From Candidatus Dormiibacterota bacterium (GTDB lineage Bacteria; Chloroflexota; Dormibacteria; Dormibacterales; Dormibacteraceae), in the NCBI GenBank assembly GCA_035602315.1, contig DATNML010000012.1:1-45998 (forward strand): a stretch of 45,998 bases of DNA, written 5' to 3'. The translations under genes and the position numbers were made by a program. This document shows positions 7,616 through 16,711 of the stretch, in pieces. Numbering within the stretch: position 1 is the first letter of the stretch; every line of letters starts with the position of its first letter. The notes beneath the pieces are model-generated. The model was not told where the DNA came from, searched no databases, and saw nothing but the letters and a program-made list of their open reading frames with translations.

Positions 7616-8441
7616 GACAGCTGTAACTCGCGCCGCTTTCGGTCCACCCAAGTCCGAACCACTGCAGCGTGATCGTCCCCTCGCATGTGCTCGCGGTGGT
7701 GGCGCCAAGCGTAGAAAAGTGATAGCTGACGGTGCCAAGACCCCATTGCGCTCCGTCCAGCTTGTAGGAAGTCACGTGGCCGGGCGGAAAGTACTGCGTG
7801 TGGAACAGGCCGTCGATGACCAGGGGCGGGCGACCGAAGTAGTCGAAGGCAATCGTGAATACCAACGCGACCAGCAGGATCAACCCGAGCGCCCTGCCCG
7901 CGCCTGGCGCCGGTCGCCGCGTCGCACGAGGGTTCACGGCCAACGCGTGATCTCTTCGCACCACAGTCGTGCGGGCCCACCGGTCGCCTACGCGCTGACT
8001 GTTGGCGGTGGCGAGGACGGCGATTCCTCCAATCAGGTAGAAGCCCGGCAGCGCGTCGATCAGTCTCAGCACGTTGCGGGTCACGACCGCGCCGAACCCG
8101 AGAGGCCGGCCATCCACACGAACCACACAGAGCCCTTGGAGCATCTTGCCGAGGCTGGCGCCGAAAAGGCCCTCGGGCACGATGTAGTAAGCCAGCCACA
8201 CTAGGACCGATCCGGGCCAGGGGATTGCTGTGGCGGAGTCGTAGTGCGCCACACCACTGATGGCGGGGATCGGTGATCCGGAGGTGACTTGGGTCACGCC
8301 GTAAACGTTGTTGATGACCGTGATCAAGATTGAGAACCCGATCACGTCGATGATCAGGGCGTTGAGCCGGCGCCAACGGGCCTGTCTGGCCTGACCGTCC
8401 ACTCCCAGGTCGACCCGATTGGAGGTGGCGGCGAGGTCCAT
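7608..8441 (-). CDS. RDD-family membrane protein with an extra C-terminal TM and extracytoplasmic domain
   Basis: RRLNALIIDVIGF..., GASLGKMLQGLCVVRVDG..., QRVGDRWARTTVV match the RDD domain pattern. Convergent 8-nt overlap with the PIG-L gene. Confidence 0.65.
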   Translation of the reverse strand: MDLAATSNRVDLGVDGQARQARWRRLNALIIDVIGFSILITVINNVYGVTQVTSGSPIPAISGVAHYDSATAIPWPGSVLVWLAYYIVPEGLFGASLGKMLQGLCVVRVDGRPLGFGAVVTRNVLRLIDALPGFYLIGGIAVLATANSQRVGDRWARTTVVRRDHALAVNPRATRRPAPGAGRALGLILLVALVFTIAFDYFGRPPLVIDGLFHTQYFPPGHVTSYKLDGAQWGLGTVSYHFSTLGATTASTCEGTITLQWFGLGWTESGASYSCLS

Positions 8442-8489
8442 TGAGCCCTGATCATCTCACCGGGGCACGCCACGTAAACTCCACTTGAG

Positions 8490-9359
8490 ATGGAGGTCCT
8501 CAAGATCACGCCTCGGGGCTACTGCCACGGCGTGGTGGATGCGTTTCGGATCGCGAAACGGGTGCGGGAAGAGACCGACGGGCCGGTTCACATGCTCGGC
8601 ATGCTCGTCCATAACACGCACGCGACCGACGGCCTCCAGGAGCAGGGCATCGCGCTCGTCGACCAGCCAGACCGGCTCGCGGGCCTCAGCCAGATCAAGG
8701 AAGGAACCGTCATCTTCACCGCGCACGGCGTGTCACCGCAGGTCAAAAAGCGGGCCGTGGAGCTGGGTCTCAAGCCCGTCGACGCCACCTGCTCAGACGT
8801 CGTGCGGACGCACGAGCTCGTCGCCGATCTCGCGCAGCAGGGCTACCAGGTCGTGTACATCGGTCGCAAAGGGCACCCCGAGCCGGAGGGCGTGGTGGGC
8901 GAGGCGCCCGGCAAGGTGCACCTGGTGCAGGATCCCGAAGACATCGACGCGCTGGACCTCAAGGGCGACCGGATCGCCGTGACCTGCCAGACCACGCTCT
9001 CTGTTTGGGACACGGAGGACCTGATCGGCCGGGTCAAGGCCCGCTACCCGCAGGCCGAGGTGCACAACGAGATCTGCCGAGCGACGCAGGAGCGCCAGGA
9101 GGCGGCGGTCGAAGCCGCCCAGCACGTCGACCTGGTGATCGTGGTCGGCAGCCCCCGCTCATCCAACTCGCTCCGGCTGGTCGAGGTTGTCAAGAAGCTC
9201 GGCCAGAAGCCGGCTTACCTGGTCGACAGGCTCGAAGACCTGGATCTCAGCTGGTTCGCCGGCGCCCGGAAGGTCGGTGTGACCAGCGGCGCCTCGACGC
9301 CAACTCAGCTCACCCGGCGGGTGATCGAGTACCTGGAGGCGCTGGAAGTCCCCGCTTAG
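8490..9359 (+). CDS. ispH: 4-hydroxy-3-methylbut-2-enyl diphosphate reductase
   Basis: PRGYCHGVVDA, FTAHGVSPQV, DATCSDV, GRKGHPEPEG, NEICRATQERQ, VVGSPRSSNS: the three Fe-S cysteines and signature blocks of IspH/LytB. Confidence 0.92.
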   Translation: MEVLKITPRGYCHGVVDAFRIAKRVREETDGPVHMLGMLVHNTHATDGLQEQGIALVDQPDRLAGLSQIKEGTVIFTAHGVSPQVKKRAVELGLKPVDATCSDVVRTHELVADLAQQGYQVVYIGRKGHPEPEGVVGEAPGKVHLVQDPEDIDALDLKGDRIAVTCQTTLSVWDTEDLIGRVKARYPQAEVHNEICRATQERQEAAVEAAQHVDLVIVVGSPRSSNSLRLVEVVKKLGQKPAYLVDRLEDLDLSWFAGARKVGVTSGASTPTQLTRRVIEYLEALEVPA

Positions 9360-10159
9360 GCCGGGCGGTTTCCCGACCGCAGGCGGCGGATGACGCGGCC
9401 CAGGCCGCCCCGCGGAGCCGCGGGCGCAGCGGCCGTCGCCGCCGCCGGTGCCGGTTCGGGGGCAGGGGCCTGCACTGCCGCCGGCTCCCCTTCTCGAGGT
9501 GCTGATCCGGTCGCCGGGCGGCGCCGCCTGCGTCGTCTTGGCGCCCCGGCGGCTCTTTCCTGCTTGACGACTGGTGCGGGCGGGGCTGCGACGGCGGGTG
9601 TCTCGGGGGCCGGCCCATTGGCTCCAGCGGGTCGCCGGCGCCGCCGCCGGCGCGGCGCTGCTGGTCCGGCGGGCCCAGCCCGTGCCGCGGGCGCTTCCGG
9701 GGCGCGTTCCCGGTCCCGGTCCTTCGAGCCCAGATGGCGCCTCACCTTCGCTCCCACCTCGCCCTCGGCGCAGAGCGTGCCGTCGGCCGTGTGCACGTCC
9801 ACCCTCCACACGACGATCGAAGTCGGGGCGCCGCCGATTGGAGGCCGCTTCTGGGTCAGCGTCCACCGGGCGTAGATCGTGTCGCCCGCGTGAATCGGGC
9901 GGGGGAACTTCCAGTTGAGCCATTCCCACTCCTCGACCGCCGGGACAGGCATGTCGATCGTGCCAAGGCCGACGGCCACCGCCACGACCAGGGTAGGAGG
10001 CGCCACCCTAGGCTGGGTTCGCCCGTCGCCCTCGATCGAAAGTGGTGAGAAATCGCCTGAGACCCCGACGAACAGCGCGATCTCTGACTCGGAAATGGTG
10101 CGCCGGCGGGTCGTCCACTCGCCGCCTAGAGGGAGGTCGTCGAAAGAGAGGGGCTCCAG
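9356..10159 (-). CDS. MaoC-like hot-dog fold protein with a degenerate hydratase motif and an Arg/Pro/Ala-rich C-terminal tail (start proposed at CTG 10159; first canonical start is GTG 10006)
   Basis: The frame is open up to the stop at 10190..10192. Residues upstream of GTG 10006 read EPLSFDDLPLGGEWTTRRRTISESEIALFVGVSGDFSPLSIEGDG, the expected MaoC N-terminal third. No ATG/GTG/TTG exists in those 61 codons. About 115 aa of tail carries two RRRRRRRP blocks. Confidence 0.55.
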   Translation of the reverse strand: MEPLSFDDLPLGGEWTTRRRTISESEIALFVGVSGDFSPLSIEGDGRTQPRVAPPTLVVAVAVGLGTIDMPVPAVEEWEWLNWKFPRPIHAGDTIYARWTLTQKRPPIGGAPTSIVVWRVDVHTADGTLCAEGEVGAKVRRHLGSKDRDRERAPEAPAARAGPAGPAAPRRRRRRRPAGANGPAPETPAVAAPPAPVVKQERAAGAPRRRRRRRPATGSAPREGEPAAVQAPAPEPAPAAATAAAPAAPRGGLGRVIRRLRSGNRPA

Positions 10160-10318
10160 ATCGGCGCGAGTATAGCCCGAGTGGCCTCCTCAATCGAGCG
10201 CCCAAGGGGAGCGTTTAGGCCGGATCTATCTTGGCCGCCACCCAGACCCCGCGCCTCTCACCCGAACCAACTCCAGGGCTCGAGCGTTAACCTATGACGA
10301 CTTCAGCGCCTGGAGGGT

Positions 10319-11467
10319 TTGGTTCCTGTGGATCTCGCGGCCGTTCTGCTCGTCACGTCGGTACTGCTGATCCCTGTCTTGCTTCTGCTCATCCTGTCGC
10401 TAATGAGGCTTCGAGGCACGACGCGGGAGCTCCAGGCCGCCCTCGACGACGAAAGCGGAGCGCGAGATCGCGCCGCGCTGCTCCTGGCGATCGCCTCCGC
10501 CGTCAACTCCTCCTTGGCCCTCGAGGAGGTGCTGAACGTCGCGCTCACGCATGCCGGCCGGATCATGGGCGCCGTCGCGGGCGCGATGTACCTCATCCCA
10601 CACGGCAAAGCGGAGATGCACCGCGAAGCCGCGTACAACCTCACCACCCGCGCGCGCGGGGCGGTCCGCAAGCTCGACGAGGAGCCAGTGCACACCGCTA
10701 TCACCGCGATGCGGCCCCTCGTCGTCAAGCTCGACGAAAAGTCGGCGCCCGGCATCGAGGGAGGCGGCCATCCGCAGCACGTGCTCGTCGTCCCAGTGCA
10801 GCGATCCGGCCAGCTGATGGGCGCGATGGAGCTATATCTGAACGCTTGGCGCGAGCTGACGGAAGACCAGGCCGACCTGCTCAACGGTGTTGCTTCGCAG
10901 GCCGCAATTGCCATCCGCCATGCTCAGCTCTTCCAGGCCCAGGAGGAAAACGCACTCACCGACGAGCTGACGAAGCTTCCCAACCGGCGCGCGCTCGCGC
11001 AGCGATTCCTCCAGGAGATGCAGCGCGCACGCCGTCATCACAAGGCGATCGCGTTCATGATGATCGACCTCGACCACTTCAAGCAGGTCAACGACACGTA
11101 CGGCCACTTGAACGGCGACGCGGTCCTGGCCGAGCTGGCTTCGATCCTCGTCACAGGAGCACGCGAATCCGACGTCTGTGCCCGCTACGGCGGCGAGGAG
11201 TTTGGACTGATCCTCCACGAAACGACCGAGGCCGGCGCACGCACGCTCGCCGAGCGCATCCGCTCGAAGGTCGCGGCCGCGACGTTCCCTGGCGGGCTGA
11301 AGCTCACCATCAGCATCGGCGTCGCCGCCACCGATGAGCCAGCGCTGTTCACCACGTTGATGGAGCGCGCCGACCAGGCGCTCTATGCTGCCAAGCAGGG
11401 CGGCCGCAACCAGGTGCGGGTTGCCGACATGAAGGCCGCCCCGGCGAAACAGCAGCAGCACGTGTAG
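10319..11467 (+). CDS. Membrane-anchored GAF-GGDEF diguanylate cyclase
   Basis: N-terminal TM helix and a GAF-like middle region. GGDEF domain with LTKLPNRRAL, MIDLDHFKQVNDTYGH, RYGGEEFGLIL. GTG 10328 is an alternative start, better spaced from the ggaggg at 10312..10317. Confidence 0.88.
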   Translation: MVPVDLAAVLLVTSVLLIPVLLLLILSLMRLRGTTRELQAALDDESGARDRAALLLAIASAVNSSLALEEVLNVALTHAGRIMGAVAGAMYLIPHGKAEMHREAAYNLTTRARGAVRKLDEEPVHTAITAMRPLVVKLDEKSAPGIEGGGHPQHVLVVPVQRSGQLMGAMELYLNAWRELTEDQADLLNGVASQAAIAIRHAQLFQAQEENALTDELTKLPNRRALAQRFLQEMQRARRHHKAIAFMMIDLDHFKQVNDTYGHLNGDAVLAELASILVTGARESDVCARYGGEEFGLILHETTEAGARTLAERIRSKVAAATFPGGLKLTISIGVAATDEPALFTTLMERADQALYAAKQGGRNQVRVADMKAAPAKQQQHV

Positions 11468-11504
11468 CGCGTAACCTCGTCTCGTGGCCGGTACAGTCCA
11501 CTGA

Positions 11505-12098
11505 ATGGGTCATTTCTGCGTCATCTGCGGCGCGCCGTTGGAGCCGCGCATCATCGAAGGTCGCGAGGTGGAAGCCTGCCCCAACGACACCTTCATCCTC
11601 TGGCATGACCCGAAGGTGTCGACGGCCGTGGTCGTCGAGCTCGAGCGCGGCATCGTCCTGGGCCGGCGGGCAATCGAGCCGGGCTATGGACTGTGGTGCT
11701 TGCCCGGCGGGTTCGTCAATGACGACGAGGACCCTGCGGCCGCTGCCGCGCGTGAGTGCCTCGAGGAGATCAACGCGCGAGTTGAGCCGACTTCGCTGAT
11801 CGGCGTTTACCACATCGCAAAGTCAGCGGCTCCGAGCATGGTGGTCATCGCCTACCGCGGTCGGTTGGTCGATGGCGACCGGCCCTCGGCCGGTGCGGAG
11901 ATGCTGGAGGTCGGTGTCTTCGAGCTCGACTCGCTGCCAGAGTTCGCGTTTCCGAGCCACAGGACTGTGGTGGCTGAGTACATCAAGTTCCCGGCGCGGG
12001 CGGGGGCAGCGGCGCTTCCCACCGGCGCCGCAGGGGCTCCGCGTGCAGCAGCGCCATCAGCACGGCGAGTGCCGAGGCGACAACTCCGCACGCGGTAA
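11505..12098 (+). CDS. NUDIX hydrolase with an N-terminal zinc-ribbon-like segment
   Basis: Nudix box GGFVNDDEDPAAAAARECLEEINAR, preceded by a CVICG...C segment. The last ~115 nt overlap the convergent MFS gene, so the true C-terminus may be shorter. Confidence 0.8.
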   Translation: MGHFCVICGAPLEPRIIEGREVEACPNDTFILWHDPKVSTAVVVELERGIVLGRRAIEPGYGLWCLPGGFVNDDEDPAAAAARECLEEINARVEPTSLIGVYHIAKSAAPSMVVIAYRGRLVDGDRPSAGAEMLEVGVFELDSLPEFAFPSHRTVVAEYIKFPARAGAAALPTGAAGAPRAAAPSARRVPRRQLRTR

Positions 12099-13164
12099 AC
12101 CCGGCCGCGTAACCGACGTTCTGGACCACCGGGCCGAAGATGAGCGGGCCCGCGGAGAGCCCCAGAAACAGGATGGTCCCGTACATGCCCATGGTCACGC
12201 CTCGGGTCGAGGCGGCGGAGAGGTCCGCGTACACGACCCCCATGGCCACGAAGGCGGTGGCCATGAAAGGCGTTCCCACTGCGAGCACTACCGCCGGCCA
12301 GATGAACCCGGTCAGGTGGCCCAAAACGATGCCGGCCGCCGACCAGCCGAGCACCCCGACGAACACGATCGGCCAGCGATGGCGTGCCCGATCCACCAGC
12401 CGTCCGCCGGGCAGCCGCGAAAGGCCGTTGACGACGGCCTGGAGCGCGAGCAGGTAGCCCACTTGCGCGCTCGGGAGCCCGAGCGCTTCCTTTCCGAACA
12501 CCGGCAGGAACGCGCCAATCGTCCCCCAGACCAGAGACGCAGCGATCAGCCCGATGCTCACGGGCACAAATGCCGCTTGACGGAACAGCGCTTGCAGCGG
12601 CGCGCGGAAAGACACGCTCTGACCTGTGTGCTGGCGCGTTCCGCTCGCCGCGATCGCGCCGGGGATGGCAAACAGGAGAAGGGCGGTCGTCACCGCGATG
12701 TCGGTACGCACGTCGATCCACCGCAGGGCGATGCCGGCAATCGACGGACCGAGGAAGAACCCGGCCTGCATGGAGAAGGTCAGCCAGCCCATGACACGTC
12801 CCATGCGGCTGCCGGAGGCGGACTCGGTGACGGCGCTGAAGAGCGCCGCCTGCTGCGCGCCGCCTGCCAGTCCGCCCACGACCTGCCACAGGAACAGGGG
12901 GAGGACGCTTGGCGTGGCCGCGGTCGCGAGCTGCGACGCCGCGGCGAGCAGGAACGAAATGCTCAGCAACGCTCGCGCGCCGAAGCGGTCGACCAGCAGG
13001 CCGGAGGGGAGAGAGAGCAACGCGGCAGCGAGGGTGGAAACAGAGAACAGGGCCCCAACCTCAAACCGGTTTGCGCCCAGGTCGTGCGCGTACAACGGCA
13101 CCGTCAGGCCGCGAGCGGACAGAGCTGCGAACGAAGCGCCGGCGGCGATGTAGAGCGCAACCAT
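11983..13164 (-). CDS. MFS transporter
   Basis: About 12 hydrophobic helices. MFS loop motif GLLVDRFGAR. Trimmed to ATG 13164 (MVALYIAAG...). The longest ORF start, 13215, overlaps the divergent cyclase start. Confidence 0.8.
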   Translation of the reverse strand: MVALYIAAGASFAALSARGLTVPLYAHDLGANRFEVGALFSVSTLAAALLSLPSGLLVDRFGARALLSISFLLAAASQLATAATPSVLPLFLWQVVGGLAGGAQQAALFSAVTESASGSRMGRVMGWLTFSMQAGFFLGPSIAGIALRWIDVRTDIAVTTALLLFAIPGAIAASGTRQHTGQSVSFRAPLQALFRQAAFVPVSIGLIAASLVWGTIGAFLPVFGKEALGLPSAQVGYLLALQAVVNGLSRLPGGRLVDRARHRWPIVFVGVLGWSAAGIVLGHLTGFIWPAVVLAVGTPFMATAFVAMGVVYADLSAASTRGVTMGMYGTILFLGLSAGPLIFGPVVQNVGYAAGFTACGVVASALAVLMALLHAEPLRRRWEAPLPPPAPGT

Positions 13165-13213
13165 CCGGCGCGATTCCGGGACAGTCACGCGCACGCACCT
13201 AACATAACGGCGC

Positions 13214-15142
13214 ATGGTCCGCGAGCGTGTGGGCGACTGGCGGCTGGCCTGGCGCTTCGCACTGGCGGGGCTGTTGGCCGGTTTGCTGGTCCTGGCACTC
13301 AGCTCGATCGGCCTCGCGGAAAGCCCGTTCCAGGCGGCGCAGGATCAGTTGTTTCCGGGACCGCCGCCAGACCCGAGCGTCGCGTTCGTGGAAGTTGACT
13401 CGCGCTCCCAGAAGGCGCTCGGGACATTTCCGTGGCAGAACTCGTACAACGCGCGCGTCATCAATTACCTCGCCAAGCTCCACCCGAAAGTGATCTTGTT
13501 CGACATACCGCTTGACCACCTGACTGGGGTCGACGTGGAGACTGGAGAGCGCACGGATGACCTTCTTGCAACCGCGATCCGATCAGCTGGCAACGTGGTT
13601 CTCGTCTGCACGGCCGACGTCGCCCCGAGACCCGAGTTTTCAACTGTCGCTGCGGCGGTGGGTGACCGAAGCCTCGCGGCTCCCGATGCGGCCGACGTGG
13701 TGCGCGGAGTTCCGGTGAGGCCCCAGTCGACGTGCCCCGAGAACGAAGCAGACGAGCCGGCCTTCGTGCAGGCTTTGCGTTTGGCCGCCGGAATCAGGAG
13801 CCCGCTGACGGTCGCCGGCGACGGGTCATCCGCCCAGCTCGGGTCTCATCGCATCCCGCTGGTGGACGGCCAGATGCTCATCAATTTCACCCGTGGCTCG
13901 GCCAAGTCCTGCTCGTATGTCGATGCCTATAACGCGAGCTGTCCAGATCCGAGCCTGATCACCAACCACATCGTGGTCGTCGGCACGAAGCTCATCGATG
14001 GCGGCGACGTGTACTCGCAGGCGCTCAGCTTTCCGCACCCATACGAAGCTGGTTTCTGTCCAAGCAGCCGCCAGAGCTGCATGCAGGCCAACCAGAACTA
14101 TGGATACCGCATCCTCGGCGATGCCATCAGCACGGTCCTCACCGATCGTTACGTTCGCACCCAGCCGCGCAGCTCAACCCTGCTGGCGATCCTGCTCTTC
14201 TCGATGGTGGTTGGGCTGTGGGTCTATCTGCTGTCGCTCCGCACGGCGATGGTCTTCACCGCCGCGGTGCTGGTCCTTTACTACGGTGGAGTTTTCCTTC
14301 TCGGTCAGCAGGGTTACCTTTCGGACCCGGTGTATACGCCGATCGCAATCGTGCTCGCCGCGACCTTCTCGCTGGCAGCGCGTTACGTGCTCGAAGAACG
14401 TGAGCGGCGCAAGGTGGAGCGCATCTTCGGCCGCTACGTCGATCCACGCATCGCGCAGCAGCTGGCAGCCTCGCGCTCGGTCGAGGAGATCATCTCGAAG
14501 GGTGAGCGCAAGGACATCACGCTCCTGTTCGTCGATATACGCGGATTCACCGCCATGTCCGAGGCGATGGCCGCCGAGGACGTGCAGGCCGTCATCCACG
14601 AGTACCTCGAGGAGATGAGCACGCTGATCCTCAAGTGGTCTGGGACGATCGACAAGTACGTCGGCGACGAGATCGTGGCGCTGTGGAATGCCCCGGTGGC
14701 GCAGCCCGACCACGCCCTCCTCGCTATCCGCTGCGCGTACGACCTGGTCAGTCAGGCTCCCAATCTCGAAGCCAGGCTTGCGCAGAAAAACCTGCCGCCG
14801 ATCAGCTGGGGCATCGGCGTGAACACCGGGCCGGCTGTGGTGGGAAACATGGGGAGCACGGATCGGCTCCAGTACACGGCACTCGGTGACACGGTCAACA
14901 CAGCGGCGAGGTTTTGCGGAGCCGCGCCGCCTTTCAACCTGCTCATCGGCTGGACGACCTTCCAGGCGTGCTCTGATTTCATCGCGGTCGATGAGATGCC
15001 GGGCCTGCAGCTGAAGGGCAAGTCGGCCGAGACGTTCCGGCTCTTAAAGGTGACTGCGATCCGCCAGGACAAGGCATCGCCCTGGGTTCAGTTCCCGACC
15101 GAGCTTGCTCTCGGTGCTTATTCGACGCACAGGCAGCATTGA
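13214..15142 (+). CDS. CHASE2 sensor - TM - class III adenylate/guanylate cyclase (paralog 1)
   Basis: N-terminal TM, a ~300-aa periplasmic CHASE2-like region and three TM helices. Cyclase core: ITLLFVDIRGFTAMSE, KYVGDEIVALWNAP, GIGVNTGPAVVGNMGS, YTALGDTVNTAARF. Confidence 0.85.
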   Translation: MVRERVGDWRLAWRFALAGLLAGLLVLALSSIGLAESPFQAAQDQLFPGPPPDPSVAFVEVDSRSQKALGTFPWQNSYNARVINYLAKLHPKVILFDIPLDHLTGVDVETGERTDDLLATAIRSAGNVVLVCTADVAPRPEFSTVAAAVGDRSLAAPDAADVVRGVPVRPQSTCPENEADEPAFVQALRLAAGIRSPLTVAGDGSSAQLGSHRIPLVDGQMLINFTRGSAKSCSYVDAYNASCPDPSLITNHIVVVGTKLIDGGDVYSQALSFPHPYEAGFCPSSRQSCMQANQNYGYRILGDAISTVLTDRYVRTQPRSSTLLAILLFSMVVGLWVYLLSLRTAMVFTAAVLVLYYGGVFLLGQQGYLSDPVYTPIAIVLAATFSLAARYVLEERERRKVERIFGRYVDPRIAQQLAASRSVEEIISKGERKDITLLFVDIRGFTAMSEAMAAEDVQAVIHEYLEEMSTLILKWSGTIDKYVGDEIVALWNAPVAQPDHALLAIRCAYDLVSQAPNLEARLAQKNLPPISWGIGVNTGPAVVGNMGSTDRLQYTALGDTVNTAARFCGAAPPFNLLIGWTTFQACSDFIAVDEMPGLQLKGKSAETFRLLKVTAIRQDKASPWVQFPTELALGAYSTHRQH

Positions 15143-15882
15143 CCGTTCAACACGCAGCCGAGCTGCTCTCCACCGCCCGGCGGGGCCTCGCGCTGACCGG
15201 CGCCGGCGTCTCGGCCGAAAGCGGTATCCCAACCTTCCGGGGCGAGGGCGGCCTGTGGACGCAATACAACCCGATCAAGGTCGCTTCGATCGAGTATTTC
15301 ATGGCGGATCCAAGCGCCTACTGGAAGGTGTCGAAGGATCGCGGCCGGGTCGCGCTTGCCGCCCAACCGAACCCTGGCCACCGCGCTCTCGCTGCGCTTG
15401 AGGCAGCCGGCCACCTGGCTGCGGTCGTGACGCAGAACACAGATGGGCTGCACCAGGATTCGGGCAGCCGTCGCGTGATCGAGGTCCACGGATCCGGTCG
15501 AACCGTCCAGTGCCTGGATTGCGGAAACCGGGAGGCCCGCAGCGAGGTGCAGTCGCGCCTTGATGTCGAGATGCCGCCGCGCTGCAAGGTCTGTGGGGGA
15601 AGCTTTCTCAAGCCAACGGTCGTGCTCTTCGGAGAGGCGATGCCGGTGGCAGCGGTCCAGGAGGCGTTCGGACTGGCGCGCCAGGCGGACGTGATGCTCG
15701 TGGTGGGCTCATCGCTGCTCGTCTATCCCGCCGCGGAGATTCCCCTGGTAGCGCTCCGGTCGGGCGCGCCGATGATCGTGGTCAACGCCGAGCCGACGCC
15801 GTTCGACAAGCTCGCCGAGGTGGTCATCCACGGCAAGTCCGGTGAGGTGCTTCCGGAAATCGTCGAACTCATAGATGGATGA
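15139..15882 (+). CDS. cobB: NAD-dependent protein deacylase, Sir2 family
   Basis: TTGA overlap start. GAGVSAESGIPTFRG, TQNTDGLHQ, HGS, Zn ribbon C-x2-C...C-x2-C, VVGSSLLVYPA. Confidence 0.88.
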   Translation: MTVQHAAELLSTARRGLALTGAGVSAESGIPTFRGEGGLWTQYNPIKVASIEYFMADPSAYWKVSKDRGRVALAAQPNPGHRALAALEAAGHLAAVVTQNTDGLHQDSGSRRVIEVHGSGRTVQCLDCGNREARSEVQSRLDVEMPPRCKVCGGSFLKPTVVLFGEAMPVAAVQEAFGLARQADVMLVVGSSLLVYPAAEIPLVALRSGAPMIVVNAEPTPFDKLAEVVIHGKSGEVLPEIVELIDG

Positions 15883-16507
15883 CGCTCCCGACCCTCACCG
15901 GTACGCCATCCACGATGAGCTCGCCCTCAGGTCCGATGTCTTCCGCGAGGCCCTCGATGACGCCTCCCGGCAGCTCGACCCGGACCTGACGGCCGAGCGT
16001 ATCGGAGAGCTCTCGCCAGCGCGTCAGCATCACATCGGGCCTGGCGGATGCCCATCGCTCCAGCTCGACGCGCAGCTTGGCGAGCAGCCGATCCCGATCC
16101 ACGTTCAGCCTGGCCGCGCCAGGAGGTGACCACGCCAGGTTGATCCCGACGCCGCAGATCGCTTTGCTCGGCGTGGCTTCGACCAGGATTCCACCCAGCT
16201 TGGCGCCGCCCAGCAGGAGGTCGTTCGGCCACTTGAGGCGGACTCCGCTCCCGCAGGCTTCGGCCGCGGCGACCCCGGCGGCCAGGCTCAAGAGCGGGTT
16301 CGGGCGCAGTACGAACGAGACCAGCAACGCGGTGCCGGGCGAAGATTCCCACCTTCGATCGAGCCGGCCGCGGCCCGCGGTCTGGTGATCCGCGACCACG
16401 ACCGACCCGATCGGCAGCTCGCGAGCAGCCTCCTGCGTCGAGGTGACCGACGCCAGCCGTATGACACCTCGGGCTTCACCCACGCGCCGGTAAGCTAGCA
16501 GGACCAT
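15869..16507 (-). CDS. birA: Biotin-[acetyl-CoA-carboxylase] ligase (group I, no HTH)
   Basis: HQTAGRGRLDRRWESSPG, KWPNDLLLGGAKLGGILVE. Trimmed to ATG 16507 (MVLLAYRR...). The start is uncertain; the longest ORF reaches 16615. Confidence 0.8.
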   Translation of the reverse strand: MVLLAYRRVGEARGVIRLASVTSTQEAARELPIGSVVVADHQTAGRGRLDRRWESSPGTALLVSFVLRPNPLLSLAAGVAAAEACGSGVRLKWPNDLLLGGAKLGGILVEATPSKAICGVGINLAWSPPGAARLNVDRDRLLAKLRVELERWASARPDVMLTRWRELSDTLGRQVRVELPGGVIEGLAEDIGPEGELIVDGVPVRVGSVIHL

Positions 16508-16709
16508 GAGGTTCCACCGCGCCGCCACGCTGGTGGTCATGATGCTGCTGGCGCTCGGGCTGTTCGTCCTGATGACCGCAGGCGCAATTCGAAGCTTCGA
16601 CAGCCGCAGCCTCATCGCGCTGGGAGTAGTCGTCCTCGCCGCCGCGGTGGGCGGCTTCGCCTTCAGCTGGAGGCGTTACTACAGGCGCGTTCCCCGCCCG
16701 GATCGTTAG
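16506..16709 (+). CDS. Small two-TM membrane protein, unknown function
   Basis: 67 aa with two clear hydrophobic helices and a basic tail. Ends 2 nt before the fgd start. Its ATG shares 2 nt with the proposed birA start (CATG). Confidence 0.4.
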   Translation: MRFHRAATLVVMMLLALGLFVLMTAGAIRSFDSRSLIALGVVVLAAAVGGFAFSWRRYYRRVPRPDR

Positions 16710-16711
16710 CG

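Noticed and set aside
13214-15882. Cyclase followed by a Sir2 gene as a possible Pycsar/Thoeris-like anti-phage module.
   Set aside because: The cyclase is a membrane CHASE2 sensor type with a near-identical paralog elsewhere. The Sir2 protein is a standard 247-aa CobB deacylase with an intact Zn ribbon and no SLOG/TIR/TM effector fusion. No other defence genes or mobile-element markers are nearby.
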